64,000 nt of DNA from a bacterium (GTDB taxonomy: Bacteria; Patescibacteriota; Patescibacteriia; Patescibacteriales; UBA12465). A program made the translations under genes and the position numbers. This document shows, piece after piece, positions 30,489-39,107 of this stretch (within the stretch, counting starts at the first letter, position 1; each line of letters opens with the position of its first letter). The stretch is from NCBI GenBank assembly GCA_021806615.1, contig JAJZRB010000001.1, positions 79,024 through 143,023 of the forward strand, read 5' to 3'. Under the pieces are notes generated by a model. That model saw only the letters and a program-made list of their open reading frames with translations. It was not told where the DNA came from and made no database searches.

Positions 30489-32012
30489 ATGGAATACTTG
30501 GGTTATGTCTTGTACGTCGTCCTGGCTGCGGGTGGTTTTTTTATTGGCTATTTCACTTACAAAAAATCCGCCAGCGCCAAAATCGGCAATGCAGCCGAAA
30601 AAGCCGACAAGATCATCAGCGATGCTAAGATCAAAGAAAAGGACCTGCTCTTAAAAGCGCAGGATAGGGCTCTTAAGATTATCGAGGAGTCCAAGAAAGA
30701 AGAGGCGTCGCGACGCAACGAGATCAACAGCCTGCAAAAAAGGCTGGAACAGCGGGAAACTTCTTTCTCTCAGAAACTATTAGATCTCCAGGACAAGCAA
30801 CAAAAATTATACGATAAAGTCAACGAAGTCCAGGAAATCAAAGAAAGAATCAAGCGGGTCAAAGAGGAACAGGATCAAAAACTAGAAAAGATTTCCGGTT
30901 TAACCGCGACGGAGGCCAAGGAATTGCTCTTAAAGAACGTGGAAGAAAAATCTACGGAAGACTTAATGGTGCGCATCAACAAATTAGAAAATAGCGCCGA
31001 AGAGCAATTAAGCGATAAAGCCAAAGATATCATGGCCCTCGCCATGCAGCGGATGGTCTCTTCCTATACCGTCGAACTGACGACAACGACCGTTGACCTG
31101 CCTAACGATGAAATGAAGGGCCGGATCATCGGACGAGAAGGCCGCAATATCAAAGCGATTGAACAAATGACCGGCGTAGAGATCATCGTCGATGATATGC
31201 CGAATGCTATCACCGTCTCCGGATTTTCTCTAATCCGCCGCCATATTGCTAAAAAAACCTTAGATTACTTAATAAAAGACGGCCGGATCCATCCGACAAA
31301 AATCGAAGAAGCCGTGGAGAACGCCAAGAAAGACATCGCCGTAGATATAAAAAAGGCGGGCGAAGAAGCCATGTACGAGGTGGGCATAACCGGTTTTGAC
31401 CCGAAACTAGTCCAGATTCTCGGACGCTTAAAATATCGTACCAGCTATGGACAGAATGCCCTGCGCCACTCTATCGAAGTGGCACATCTAGCGGCCATGC
31501 TCGCTGAAGAATTAGGCGCGGATGTTACGCTGGCTAAAAAAGGCGGCCTGCTCCATGACATCGGAAAAGCCGTAGACCATGAAGTACAGGGCAATCATAC
31601 TGAAATCGGACGAGATATCGCCAAGAAATTCAACTTGCCGGCGGAAATTATCGCCCCCATTGAAACGCATCATGAAGATAAGCCGGCCACGCTTATCTCG
31701 GTGATTGTAAAAGTCGCCGATGCCATCTCTTCAGCTCGGCCCGGAGCTCGACGAGATAGCTATGAAAATTATCTCCAGCGCCTGGAAGAGCTGGAAAAGA
31801 TCGCTCTTACCTTCGAAGGCATTGAAAAAGCTTATGCCATACAGGCCGGTCGGGAAATACGCGTCTTTGTCCAGCCAGAAATGATCGATGACTTCAAAGC
31901 TTATAATTTGGCTAGAGATATTGCAAAAAAGATAGAAAATGAGTTAAAATACCCAGGGGAGATAAAAGTGAATGTAATCCGGGAAATGCGGGTCACTGAA
32001 TATGCCCGCTAA
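30489..32012 (+). CDS. rny: Ribonuclease Y
   Basis: N-terminal TM, coiled coil, KH (KGRIIGREGRNI), HD (LLHDIGKA), AIQAGRE; ATG at 30489 preferred over TTG at 30450. Confidence 0.97.
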   Translation: MEYLGYVLYVVLAAGGFFIGYFTYKKSASAKIGNAAEKADKIISDAKIKEKDLLLKAQDRALKIIEESKKEEASRRNEINSLQKRLEQRETSFSQKLLDLQDKQQKLYDKVNEVQEIKERIKRVKEEQDQKLEKISGLTATEAKELLLKNVEEKSTEDLMVRINKLENSAEEQLSDKAKDIMALAMQRMVSSYTVELTTTTVDLPNDEMKGRIIGREGRNIKAIEQMTGVEIIVDDMPNAITVSGFSLIRRHIAKKTLDYLIKDGRIHPTKIEEAVENAKKDIAVDIKKAGEEAMYEVGITGFDPKLVQILGRLKYRTSYGQNALRHSIEVAHLAAMLAEELGADVTLAKKGGLLHDIGKAVDHEVQGNHTEIGRDIAKKFNLPAEIIAPIETHHEDKPATLISVIVKVADAISSARPGARRDSYENYLQRLEELEKIALTFEGIEKAYAIQAGREIRVFVQPEMIDDFKAYNLARDIAKKIENELKYPGEIKVNVIREMRVTEYAR

Positions 32013-32039
32013 CTTCTAAAAAGTTAAACATATAAATAT

Positions 32040-32327
32040 ATGAACAAGGCACAACTCATCGACAAAATTCATCATGATGTCGAGGGCCTGAACAAAAAAC
32101 AGGCCGAAAAAATGTTGGATGTCCTCGTCGACACCATCATTGAGGAGCTAAAAGGCGATCGCGAAGTCACGATTGCCGGATTCGGCACCTTCCTATCCCG
32201 CGTTCGTTATTCTCGCGGCGGCGTCAACCCGCAAAAGCCGACTGAGAGAATAACCATTCCGGCGGTTAAGGTAGCCAAATTCAAGACCGGCTACCACCTC
32301 AAGCAAGCCTTGAAAGGTAAAAGGTAA
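32040..32327 (+). CDS. hup: HU family DNA-binding protein
   Basis: MNKAQLI, GFGTF, GVNPQ, KFK. Confidence 0.95.
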   Translation: MNKAQLIDKIHHDVEGLNKKQAEKMLDVLVDTIIEELKGDREVTIAGFGTFLSRVRYSRGGVNPQKPTERITIPAVKVAKFKTGYHLKQALKGKR

Positions 32328-32379
32328 ATAGCGCTCCCTAATAGGAAAAAGCCCGATCCTTGATAAGGGTGTTTTGTTA

Positions 32380-32453
32380 GCGCTCGTAGCTCAACTGGAT
32401 AGAGTACTTGGCTTCGGACCAAGGGGTTGCAGGTTCAAATCCTGCCGGGCGCA
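32380..32453 (+). tRNA. tRNA-Arg(UCG)
   Basis: CTTGG-CTTCGGA-CCAAG anticodon arm; cloverleaf. Confidence 0.93.
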
Positions 32454-32483
32454 CATTGGCCGGATCAAATGGTCTGGCCGCAA

Positions 32484-32557
32484 GGCTGGGTAGCTCAGTT
32501 GGTTAGAGCGTAGCACTCATAACGCTAAGGTCGCGGGTTCGATCCCCGCCCCCGCCA
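32484..32557 (+). tRNA. tRNA-Met(CAU), probably elongator (Ile2 not excluded)
   Basis: CAT anticodon; G1-C72, G2-C71, C3-G70; mismatches at 4:69 and 31:39. Confidence 0.85.
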
Positions 32558-32612
32558 CAGCAAGTTATATTGACTTGGAAAAAATAAATTTATAGACTGG
32601 TGACAGTCAAAC

Positions 32613-32685
32613 GCCTCGTTAGCTCAGTTGGTAGAGCAGTTGCCTCTTAAGCAAACGGTCGCTGGTTCGAATCCAGCACGGGGCA
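32613..32685 (+). tRNA. tRNA-Lys(CUU)
   Basis: Cloverleaf, CT-CTT-AA anticodon loop. Confidence 0.95.
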
Positions 32686-32692
32686 CAAGAAT

Positions 32693-33268
32693 ATGCTTAA
32701 TCTTATCATCTTCGGACCGCCAGGAGCCGGTAAAGGCACCCAAGCCGCCCTGCTGGCTAAAAAATATAAATTAACCCATTTATCCAGCGGGGAAATTTTG
32801 AGACAGGAATTAAAAGACGGCCTTCTGGGTAAAAAGATAAAAGCCTACCAAGACGCCGGCAAATTAGTGCCTGATAATCTGATTATCAAGATCATGGAAA
32901 AGGCTATAAAAAAAATATCTGGTAAAAACGGCTTCATCCTGGACGGTTATCCGCGCAACATCCGCCAGGCGCGGTCTCTTAATAAATTTTTGCATGACAA
33001 CGGGCTTGGTCTTAGCGCCGTCCTTAATTTGAAATTGAGCGAGAAAGAAGCGGCCCAGCGAATTCTATTAAGAGCCGAGACCTCGGGGCGTTCTGACGAT
33101 AACCCAAAGACCATAAAAAGACGCTTTGGAGTCTACCGCACGGAAACGGCGCCGATACTTCAATATTATAAAAAAATGAAAAAAACGACCGACATAGACG
33201 GCCGGCCGGGAATAAAGATAATTTTCCAGAATCTTGAGATGCTCATCAGATCATTTTCTAAAAATTAA
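32693..33268 (+). CDS. adk: Adenylate kinase (short LID type)
   Basis: GPPGAGKGTQA, LDGYPR, GRSDD. Confidence 0.96.
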   Translation: MLNLIIFGPPGAGKGTQAALLAKKYKLTHLSSGEILRQELKDGLLGKKIKAYQDAGKLVPDNLIIKIMEKAIKKISGKNGFILDGYPRNIRQARSLNKFLHDNGLGLSAVLNLKLSEKEAAQRILLRAETSGRSDDNPKTIKRRFGVYRTETAPILQYYKKMKKTTDIDGRPGIKIIFQNLEMLIRSFSKN

Positions 33269-33338
33269 AGGCTAACCAGGCTGCCGCTACTAAGAAAAAA
33301 GAGGAGATCAGAACTCCTCTTTTTAGCATCTTGATTCT

Positions 33339-34163
33339 TCAACCAATTATTCCTAAAACCACACCCTCTCCGTTTAGAACGACATTCAAATGCTTCCGGG
33401 AAATAGACAGGCCGCCGGCATATACGTATGAATTCTGGCGATTATCATATTCGAAATAAAGGCTGTAAATCATCGGATGCCCCTGAGGAGAACGCATCGG
33501 CGGGATAAAAGGCTGATAATACATGACCTTATGTTCTTCCAATTTCCTAATCATCTGGGAAACCGTCCTTACTCCGCGAATGCCGTCCTTTTTTAAACGG
33601 CTTCTCTTGCTGGCTGGCGGGCAAACGAATACTCTCCTTTGGTTGATCGCCTTGAGCGAAAATCCATTATCATAATCGATGATTTCGTCATGTTGCCCGA
33701 AACTGACGCGTTCCCAGAGCCAATTTTCTCCGTAATAGTTATAGGAATTCTGGAAACTATACGGGTAATCTCTATCATCGTCCAGAAACCTGTCTAATTC
33801 CTCTAGAATGGCTCCGGGGTGGTCAGGAAAAGTTACTCCGCCGCCATACGGGCTATTTAAGGAACTGCGACGGGCTTCGCGTGATCGTCCGCCCTGATGA
33901 CCGGCGGATAAGATCTTAATGTCTCCCCGGTAAACGCACAGGAGCTCAAAACCTTGCGGTCGGCTATCAATACTGAATATGCGCAATTTACCCTCGTCAT
34001 TCACCACGCAATCAAGAGATACGACCGAGGTAGAGGAGGAGAGCTGATCCCGGCGCTGCCATTTTTTTATGGCCGAGAGAGCTGATTGCTTGACCGCATC
34101 TGGGAGGACGACATTCTGGTCGGAAGAAAAATTAAACCGGTTGAGTTCATAAAGTGTCTGCAT
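33339..34163 (-). CDS. Hypothetical protein, possibly a degenerate ATP-grasp fold
   Basis: 274-aa ORF with AAGGAG RBS; weak resemblance (LDC..DEGKLRIFSID.RPQG; YYQPFIPP; YAGG). Confidence 0.65.
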   Translation of the reverse strand: MQTLYELNRFNFSSDQNVVLPDAVKQSALSAIKKWQRRDQLSSSTSVVSLDCVVNDEGKLRIFSIDSRPQGFELLCVYRGDIKILSAGHQGGRSREARRSSLNSPYGGGVTFPDHPGAILEELDRFLDDDRDYPYSFQNSYNYYGENWLWERVSFGQHDEIIDYDNGFSLKAINQRRVFVCPPASKRSRLKKDGIRGVRTVSQMIRKLEEHKVMYYQPFIPPMRSPQGHPMIYSLYFEYDNRQNSYVYAGGLSISRKHLNVVLNGEGVVLGIIG

Positions 34164-34230
34164 AAAACGCTCCTTTGTTGAGGTTGGTTGTTTAATTGAT
34201 TGTTATTATGTTTAGAAAGGACTTATTAAC

Positions 34231-34260
34231 AAAACCGAGCCATTTTTGGCTCGGCTTTTT
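34231..34260 (-). terminator. Terminator hairpin in the leader of the 33339-34163 gene
   Basis: Minus strand GCCGAGCCA-AAAA-TGGCTCGGT then TTTGTT. Confidence 0.7.
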
Positions 34261-34287
34261 CTTGTTCTATTTGATACTTATTTTATA

Positions 34288-34389
34288 TTAAGTATTAAAT
34301 TCACAAACAAAAGCCGGCCTGGTAATAATGAACCAAGCCAAAGAAATAATAATGCCGTACTGCTTCGTTTGTAAATTCTTATCGATCAT
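34288..34389 (-). CDS. Putative 33-aa leader peptide MIDKNLQTKQYGIIISLAWFIITRPAFVCEFNT
   Basis: Manual translation; ATG 9 nt after TATCAT -10; stop lies in a predicted antiterminator. Confidence 0.5.
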   Translation of the reverse strand: MIDKNLQTKQYGIIISLAWFIITRPAFVCEFNT

Positions 34390-34461
34390 ATGTTAGCTAT
34401 GATAACAGAAACGATGATTCCCAGTCAAGATGCGGCCTGTGGATTAGTGCCGATCGGCATT

Positions 34462-35145
34462 CTAGCTGATAGTCGTCCCCTGGAAATGATTATCGTCTAG
34501 GCAACGCTCGAGATTGGCTAGTTTTTTCCCGTTCAAAATAACCACTTTAAGCCCATGCTTAGCCGCCTCCCGAGAGGCTATGGGATCAAAGGGAACATTC
34601 AGCCCCGGCTGCCAGCGGTTGCCGACTATCTTACGGAATTCTGTCCAATTGACCGCTTCCAGCTTCTTCGCCCGAGGGAATTCGCGCGGATCACGGTCAT
34701 AAGCGTAATCGATATTTGAGAGATTAATGACCGTCTTGATATGGTTATGCTTAGCTAATAAGACGGCGACATGATCTGTGGACCAGCCCGGCTTATACCC
34801 CGCCACGAAGACAATCTTCTTATTAGTCCTTATCGGCTTAGTCGGATTAGTGATTATCAAGGGATAGGCAGATTCGGCAAAAATGACTTTTAGGAGCTGG
34901 GCGTTAAGGCGAGTCGCCCGGATGCCGACCCAATCCCGGCCGGCATTCCCGACCGCGGTGACAGCCAGGGCGGCCTGGATATAAGTACGGGCTGTTGCTC
35001 CGCCGCCGACGACCAGATAGAACTTATGGCCCTTCTGAATCTGCCGCAAGATAAAAGATCGGAATTGTTTTAAGAACTTGAGCTCGATTCCTTCCTTAGT
35101 GACGATGAGCGATCCTCCGACTGACAGGACGAAAGTCTTAGACAT
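34462..35145 (-). CDS. pyrH: UMP kinase (archaeal-like short type)
   Basis: SVGGS, VGGG..AR, PGWSTD, DRDP, PFDP. Confidence 0.92.
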   Translation of the reverse strand: MSKTFVLSVGGSLIVTKEGIELKFLKQFRSFILRQIQKGHKFYLVVGGGATARTYIQAALAVTAVGNAGRDWVGIRATRLNAQLLKVIFAESAYPLIITNPTKPIRTNKKIVFVAGYKPGWSTDHVAVLLAKHNHIKTVINLSNIDYAYDRDPREFPRAKKLEAVNWTEFRKIVGNRWQPGLNVPFDPIASREAAKHGLKVVILNGKKLANLERCLDDNHFQGTTIS

Positions 35146-35206
35146 ATATTGTTTATGGTTTTATAAAATCGCTCCGCCTTCGAGGCGGAGCGATTAAGCA
35201 TTATAA

Positions 35207-36265
35207 TTACTTATTCTCTTCTACTTCCTTGCTCTTCACTTCAGCTAGGATAGCTTTGCGGATTTCAGCGGCCAACTTCTTATCGTCTTTAACCGCCTTC
35301 TTAGCAGCTTCTCTTCCCACGCCTAATTTCACATCCCCGAAAGAATAGGAATTGCCGTTCTTTTTCACGACATTATGTTCCGCTCCCAAGTCAATCAGAT
35401 CGCCGGCTACGGAAATACCCTCATTATACATGATATCAAATTCACAAGTCCTGAAAGGAGCCGCGACCTTATTCTTCACTATTTTGACCTTAACGCGATT
35501 ACCGATTATCTTTTCGCCCTGCTTGATCTGCGCCGCCCGACGGACTTCGACGCGCATGGAACAATAGAACTTCAAAGCATTTCCTCCGGTAGTCGTTTCT
35601 GGATTACCGAAGAAGACGCCGATCTTGTTGCGAATCTGATTGATAAAGATGACCACAGTCTTAGTCTTAGCGATAACGGCCGTCAATTTGCGCAAAGCCT
35701 GGCTCATCAATCTCGCTTGCAGGCCCATATGCTGGTCGCCCATTTCTCCTTCAATCTCCTTCTGCGGCACTAAAGCGGCGACAGAGTCCACAACGACGAC
35801 ATCAACGGCATTAGAACGCACCAAAGTTTCTACGATCTCCAAGGCCTGTTCTCCGCTATCCGGCTGCGATAATAGCATCTCTTTCACATTGACCCCTATT
35901 TTAGCGGCATATTCCGGATCTAAAGCGTGTTCAGCGTCTACAAAGGCGGCTATTCCGCCGGCTTTCTGCACCTCGGAAACGATATGCTGCGCGAGCGTCG
36001 TCTTGCCGGAAGATTCCGGTCCGAAAACCTCAATTATCCGGCCGCGCGGCACGCCCCCCACGCCAGTCGCGATATCCAGGGAAAGACAGCCGGTAGAAAT
36101 AGCGTCGACATTAGTTTTCGGCACATCGCCGAACTTCATGATCGCTCCTTCGCCGAAACGGGTCCGAATTTGTTCAATGGCGCTTAAAGCAGCTTCTTCC
36201 CGCTTATTCTTGTTCTCCCCTTTTTCGGAAATCGGCGCTTTTTTTTCTGCTTTTTCCTTAGGCAT
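35207..36265 (-). CDS. recA: Recombinase RecA
   Basis: [29 protein letters not shown]. Confidence 0.99.
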   Translation of the reverse strand: MPKEKAEKKAPISEKGENKNKREEAALSAIEQIRTRFGEGAIMKFGDVPKTNVDAISTGCLSLDIATGVGGVPRGRIIEVFGPESSGKTTLAQHIVSEVQKAGGIAAFVDAEHALDPEYAAKIGVNVKEMLLSQPDSGEQALEIVETLVRSNAVDVVVVDSVAALVPQKEIEGEMGDQHMGLQARLMSQALRKLTAVIAKTKTVVIFINQIRNKIGVFFGNPETTTGGNALKFYCSMRVEVRRAAQIKQGEKIIGNRVKVKIVKNKVAAPFRTCEFDIMYNEGISVAGDLIDLGAEHNVVKKNGNSYSFGDVKLGVGREAAKKAVKDDKKLAAEIRKAILAEVKSKEVEENK

Positions 36266-36425
36266 ATTTTTCAAATTAAATAATTAATATATTGATTATA
36301 GCACGTCACTCTTTAAATAAGCTGCCAAAAATAATAAATTATATGATAACTGCTTTTAAACTGTTCTTAAGGCTGTCGGGACGAAATATCGTTTAAAACT
36401 CCGGCTCCGATCTTGATTCATAGAA

Positions 36426-36917
36426 TCAACGGCTCAAGAACTGGAAAGGCAGAGACAATTTATATTCTTCTCCATTTTTCGCTTGCCAGACGATTTCCGC
36501 TCCAGTCTCGGTTTTTTCCCATCGCAGAGGACTATCTTCCGCCGTCGCTGTAAACGACGTATCAGTATCACTCTTATTCCATTCTTCTTTTATCTTATTC
36601 CATAGGCCAGACCACCAATCGCCGGACGGAGCGCTTTGTTTCAAGGCCAAATTAAGAGCCAGGTCCGAACCGGACGCTTCACCGCTTGCTGCCGGCCCAT
36701 TCTCGCTAGTTTTGGTGCCCAAACTCAGGTCGACCAAGCCTTGAAGCGCCGCCTTAGCTGTTTCAAATACGAGAAAAGTTTTCTGCCAAAAAAAATTCTG
36801 CTCCATTTGCGCTTGCTGTTCCTTGCTACCTCCGTATAAAACGGCCGCCATAGCGATAAGGACGAGAAAGGCTACTAGCGTTAGCAGGCTAGCTAACGAA
36901 TTACGTTCTAAAGACAT
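36426..36917 (-). CDS. Hypothetical membrane-anchored protein
   Basis: 163-aa ORF with N-terminal TM, co-oriented with neighbours. Confidence 0.75.
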   Translation of the reverse strand: MSLERNSLASLLTLVAFLVLIAMAAVLYGGSKEQQAQMEQNFFWQKTFLVFETAKAALQGLVDLSLGTKTSENGPAASGEASGSDLALNLALKQSAPSGDWWSGLWNKIKEEWNKSDTDTSFTATAEDSPLRWEKTETGAEIVWQAKNGEEYKLSLPFQFLSR

Positions 36918-36944
36918 AAAATGAAAATTATTTTTTTAGTCTTG

Positions 36945-38204
36945 TCAGCCCGACCATAGAGCGCTCTGTTTATCCGGCCGGTTATCATCGGAAAAAATAT
37001 TGATTTCACCGTATTGCCCGTCGAATCCGGGCTTGATAATCAGCTGCCCGGATCTAGCCCGTTTCAAGCCTTCAATGATTCTAAAGTCAATTTCTTTGCT
37101 AATTTTAGATAAATCTAAATTAAGCAAAATATATAGTTCATTGCCGTATTTATTGATCAGAGACCGATACTGTTTCTCCACCGCTATAGAGTGGCGGCTC
37201 TTTATATTTAAAGCTTCTGCTATAATCTTATCTAATTCTACGATTTTTTTAAAGGGAACGGCTCCTGCCGGACAAAAACCGGCTGGATGGTCGGCTAATT
37301 CTTCTACTCTATTAAGAACGCCGATAATAAGCGGCTTGTGACAAACGGGGCAAATGTTTTTTAGGCGCCGGCTCTCTGACGGCTCACAGCTGAATCGGCA
37401 ATCGCGATGACCGTCAAAATGGTACATGCCTTCCTCTGGATAAAATTCAAGCGTCATTTCCATCCCTGTTTTATATTTTATATTATCATAAATCTTCTGA
37501 TAAGTAGGCACTCCGTCAAAATTCATGATATTCGCCTCACGCCCGATATTCGCCAAGCTGTGAGCGTCAGAATTGGATAAAACCGTGAGTTTGTCTAGGC
37601 CGGATAGGCGCCAATTCATGGCCGGATCGCTGGACAGGCCGGTTTCTATGGCGTAGATATGGCCAGCCTGGTCTTGGAAACATTCTTTTAGAGAATCAAA
37701 GCCGGATTTAGAACCAAAAACAGAAAACCAAGGAGTCCAAATATGCGCCGGATAGATGAGAAAACGTTCATTGATGTTCAAGACGAGCTTTACTAGCTCC
37801 GGTGCGCTCATCCCCAAGATGGGGCGGCCGTCAGAACGGATATTAAATTCTTTATCCAGCTGTTTATTCAACTCTTGAACGGCAGCAAGATCGGGGGCGT
37901 GAAGGACTATATGCAGACGGCGGGCCCGTCCGGCGTCCTTATAAATCAAGGAAACTTCGGTGCTTAAGATGAATTTTATTTTATCATCCGACGCGTTTTT
38001 TAATTTATACAAGCCGGCGCCAGGCGCGATTTCCGCCAACTCTTGCTTTATAGATTCAAACCAGGCCGGATAGGTAAAATCGCCGGTCGCGATAATATCT
38101 ACACCCTTGATTCGGCAGGTATTCTCGATATTAGCCAAAGTCAATCTCGGCGAACAAGCGCGAGAATAGCGGGAATGAATATGTAGGTCCAGGACCTGCT
38201 TCAT
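36945..38204 (-). CDS. Endonuclease Q family (PHP domain + Zn finger)
   Basis: DLHIHSRYS, PAHIWTPW, ETGLSSD, NSDAHS, CPVC, PGFDGQYG. Confidence 0.9.
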   Translation of the reverse strand: MKQVLDLHIHSRYSRACSPRLTLANIENTCRIKGVDIIATGDFTYPAWFESIKQELAEIAPGAGLYKLKNASDDKIKFILSTEVSLIYKDAGRARRLHIVLHAPDLAAVQELNKQLDKEFNIRSDGRPILGMSAPELVKLVLNINERFLIYPAHIWTPWFSVFGSKSGFDSLKECFQDQAGHIYAIETGLSSDPAMNWRLSGLDKLTVLSNSDAHSLANIGREANIMNFDGVPTYQKIYDNIKYKTGMEMTLEFYPEEGMYHFDGHRDCRFSCEPSESRRLKNICPVCHKPLIIGVLNRVEELADHPAGFCPAGAVPFKKIVELDKIIAEALNIKSRHSIAVEKQYRSLINKYGNELYILLNLDLSKISKEIDFRIIEGLKRARSGQLIIKPGFDGQYGEINIFSDDNRPDKQSALWSG

Positions 38205-38224
38205 AATTTATATAAGCCAAACGC

Positions 38225-38977
38225 TCAGACGTCAGGAATAAGGCTTTCCGCCACCTTCAGCTCTTCCAGGCTGTTTATTCCCATGGCCTCATGTGCCTCG
38301 ATATTTATCGTGCCGACCGTATGCCCTTCGGAAAAAGCGATTTGGACCAAATCAGTAAGGTAATATTCCCGCTGCTTATTTTCCGCTTTCAGCCGGACGA
38401 TATTATCAAAAAGCCAATTCTTATTGAAGCACATGAAACCGGGATTGACTTCGGTAATGAGCTTTTCCTCTTCGCTCGCGTCTTTGAATTCGACGATCGC
38501 CTCCACGTCGCCGCTGGCGTCGCGCACTATGCGCCCCCAATGGTAAAAATTCTGATGCCAACCCTCAAAATCAGATAGTTGGGTAGGCATGATAGTCAGG
38601 GCTTCAATGTCGACGGCGGAAAATTTCCGGATTGACTCGGTTTTTAAAAAAGGATGGTCGCCATAAAGCACGATGATATTCTTAGCGTCCGGACTCTCGC
38701 GGCTGATGGTTTCTCGCGCGCAAGAAACAGCATGTCCGGTCCCTAGTTGTTCAGGCTGAATGACATATTCGACATTATAATTTTTCAGAGCTTGGCTGAT
38801 TATATCCAGATTATCTGGCGAGACAACGACTAAGGGGCGCGGATCGACACCGGCTGACGCCACTGAATCCATCAGATAAGAAATCATCGGGCGATCGCGC
38901 AGCGCCACCAATACTTTAGGCAGATCCGAATTCATGCGCGTGCCTTTACCGGCCGCTAAAATGATAATACGAGTCAT
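38225..38977 (-). CDS. GlmU-like nucleotidyltransferase (N-terminal domain only)
   Basis: LAAGKGTRMNS.LPKVL, QLGTGHAV, LYGD, EYYLTD, GIN; no hexapeptide-repeat domain. Confidence 0.88.
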   Translation of the reverse strand: MTRIIILAAGKGTRMNSDLPKVLVALRDRPMISYLMDSVASAGVDPRPLVVVSPDNLDIISQALKNYNVEYVIQPEQLGTGHAVSCARETISRESPDAKNIIVLYGDHPFLKTESIRKFSAVDIEALTIMPTQLSDFEGWHQNFYHWGRIVRDASGDVEAIVEFKDASEEEKLITEVNPGFMCFNKNWLFDNIVRLKAENKQREYYLTDLVQIAFSEGHTVGTINIEAHEAMGINSLEELKVAESLIPDV

Positions 38978-39107
38978 ACGGGAATACTGGAGTTAGCCTC
39001 AAAGACTGACTAAACCAGGATTAAATAAATAAAGGAAATCCATCTGAATTTCCTTTATATTTTAACATTTTTATGATTCCGGAGCAACCACTAATCTAGA
39101 ATATTTT

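Noticed and set aside
35375-36287. Long antisense ORFs over recA (and similar ones over polA, ftsH, infB, pnp)
   Set aside because: Shadow frames of conserved genes, with no motifs or start signals.
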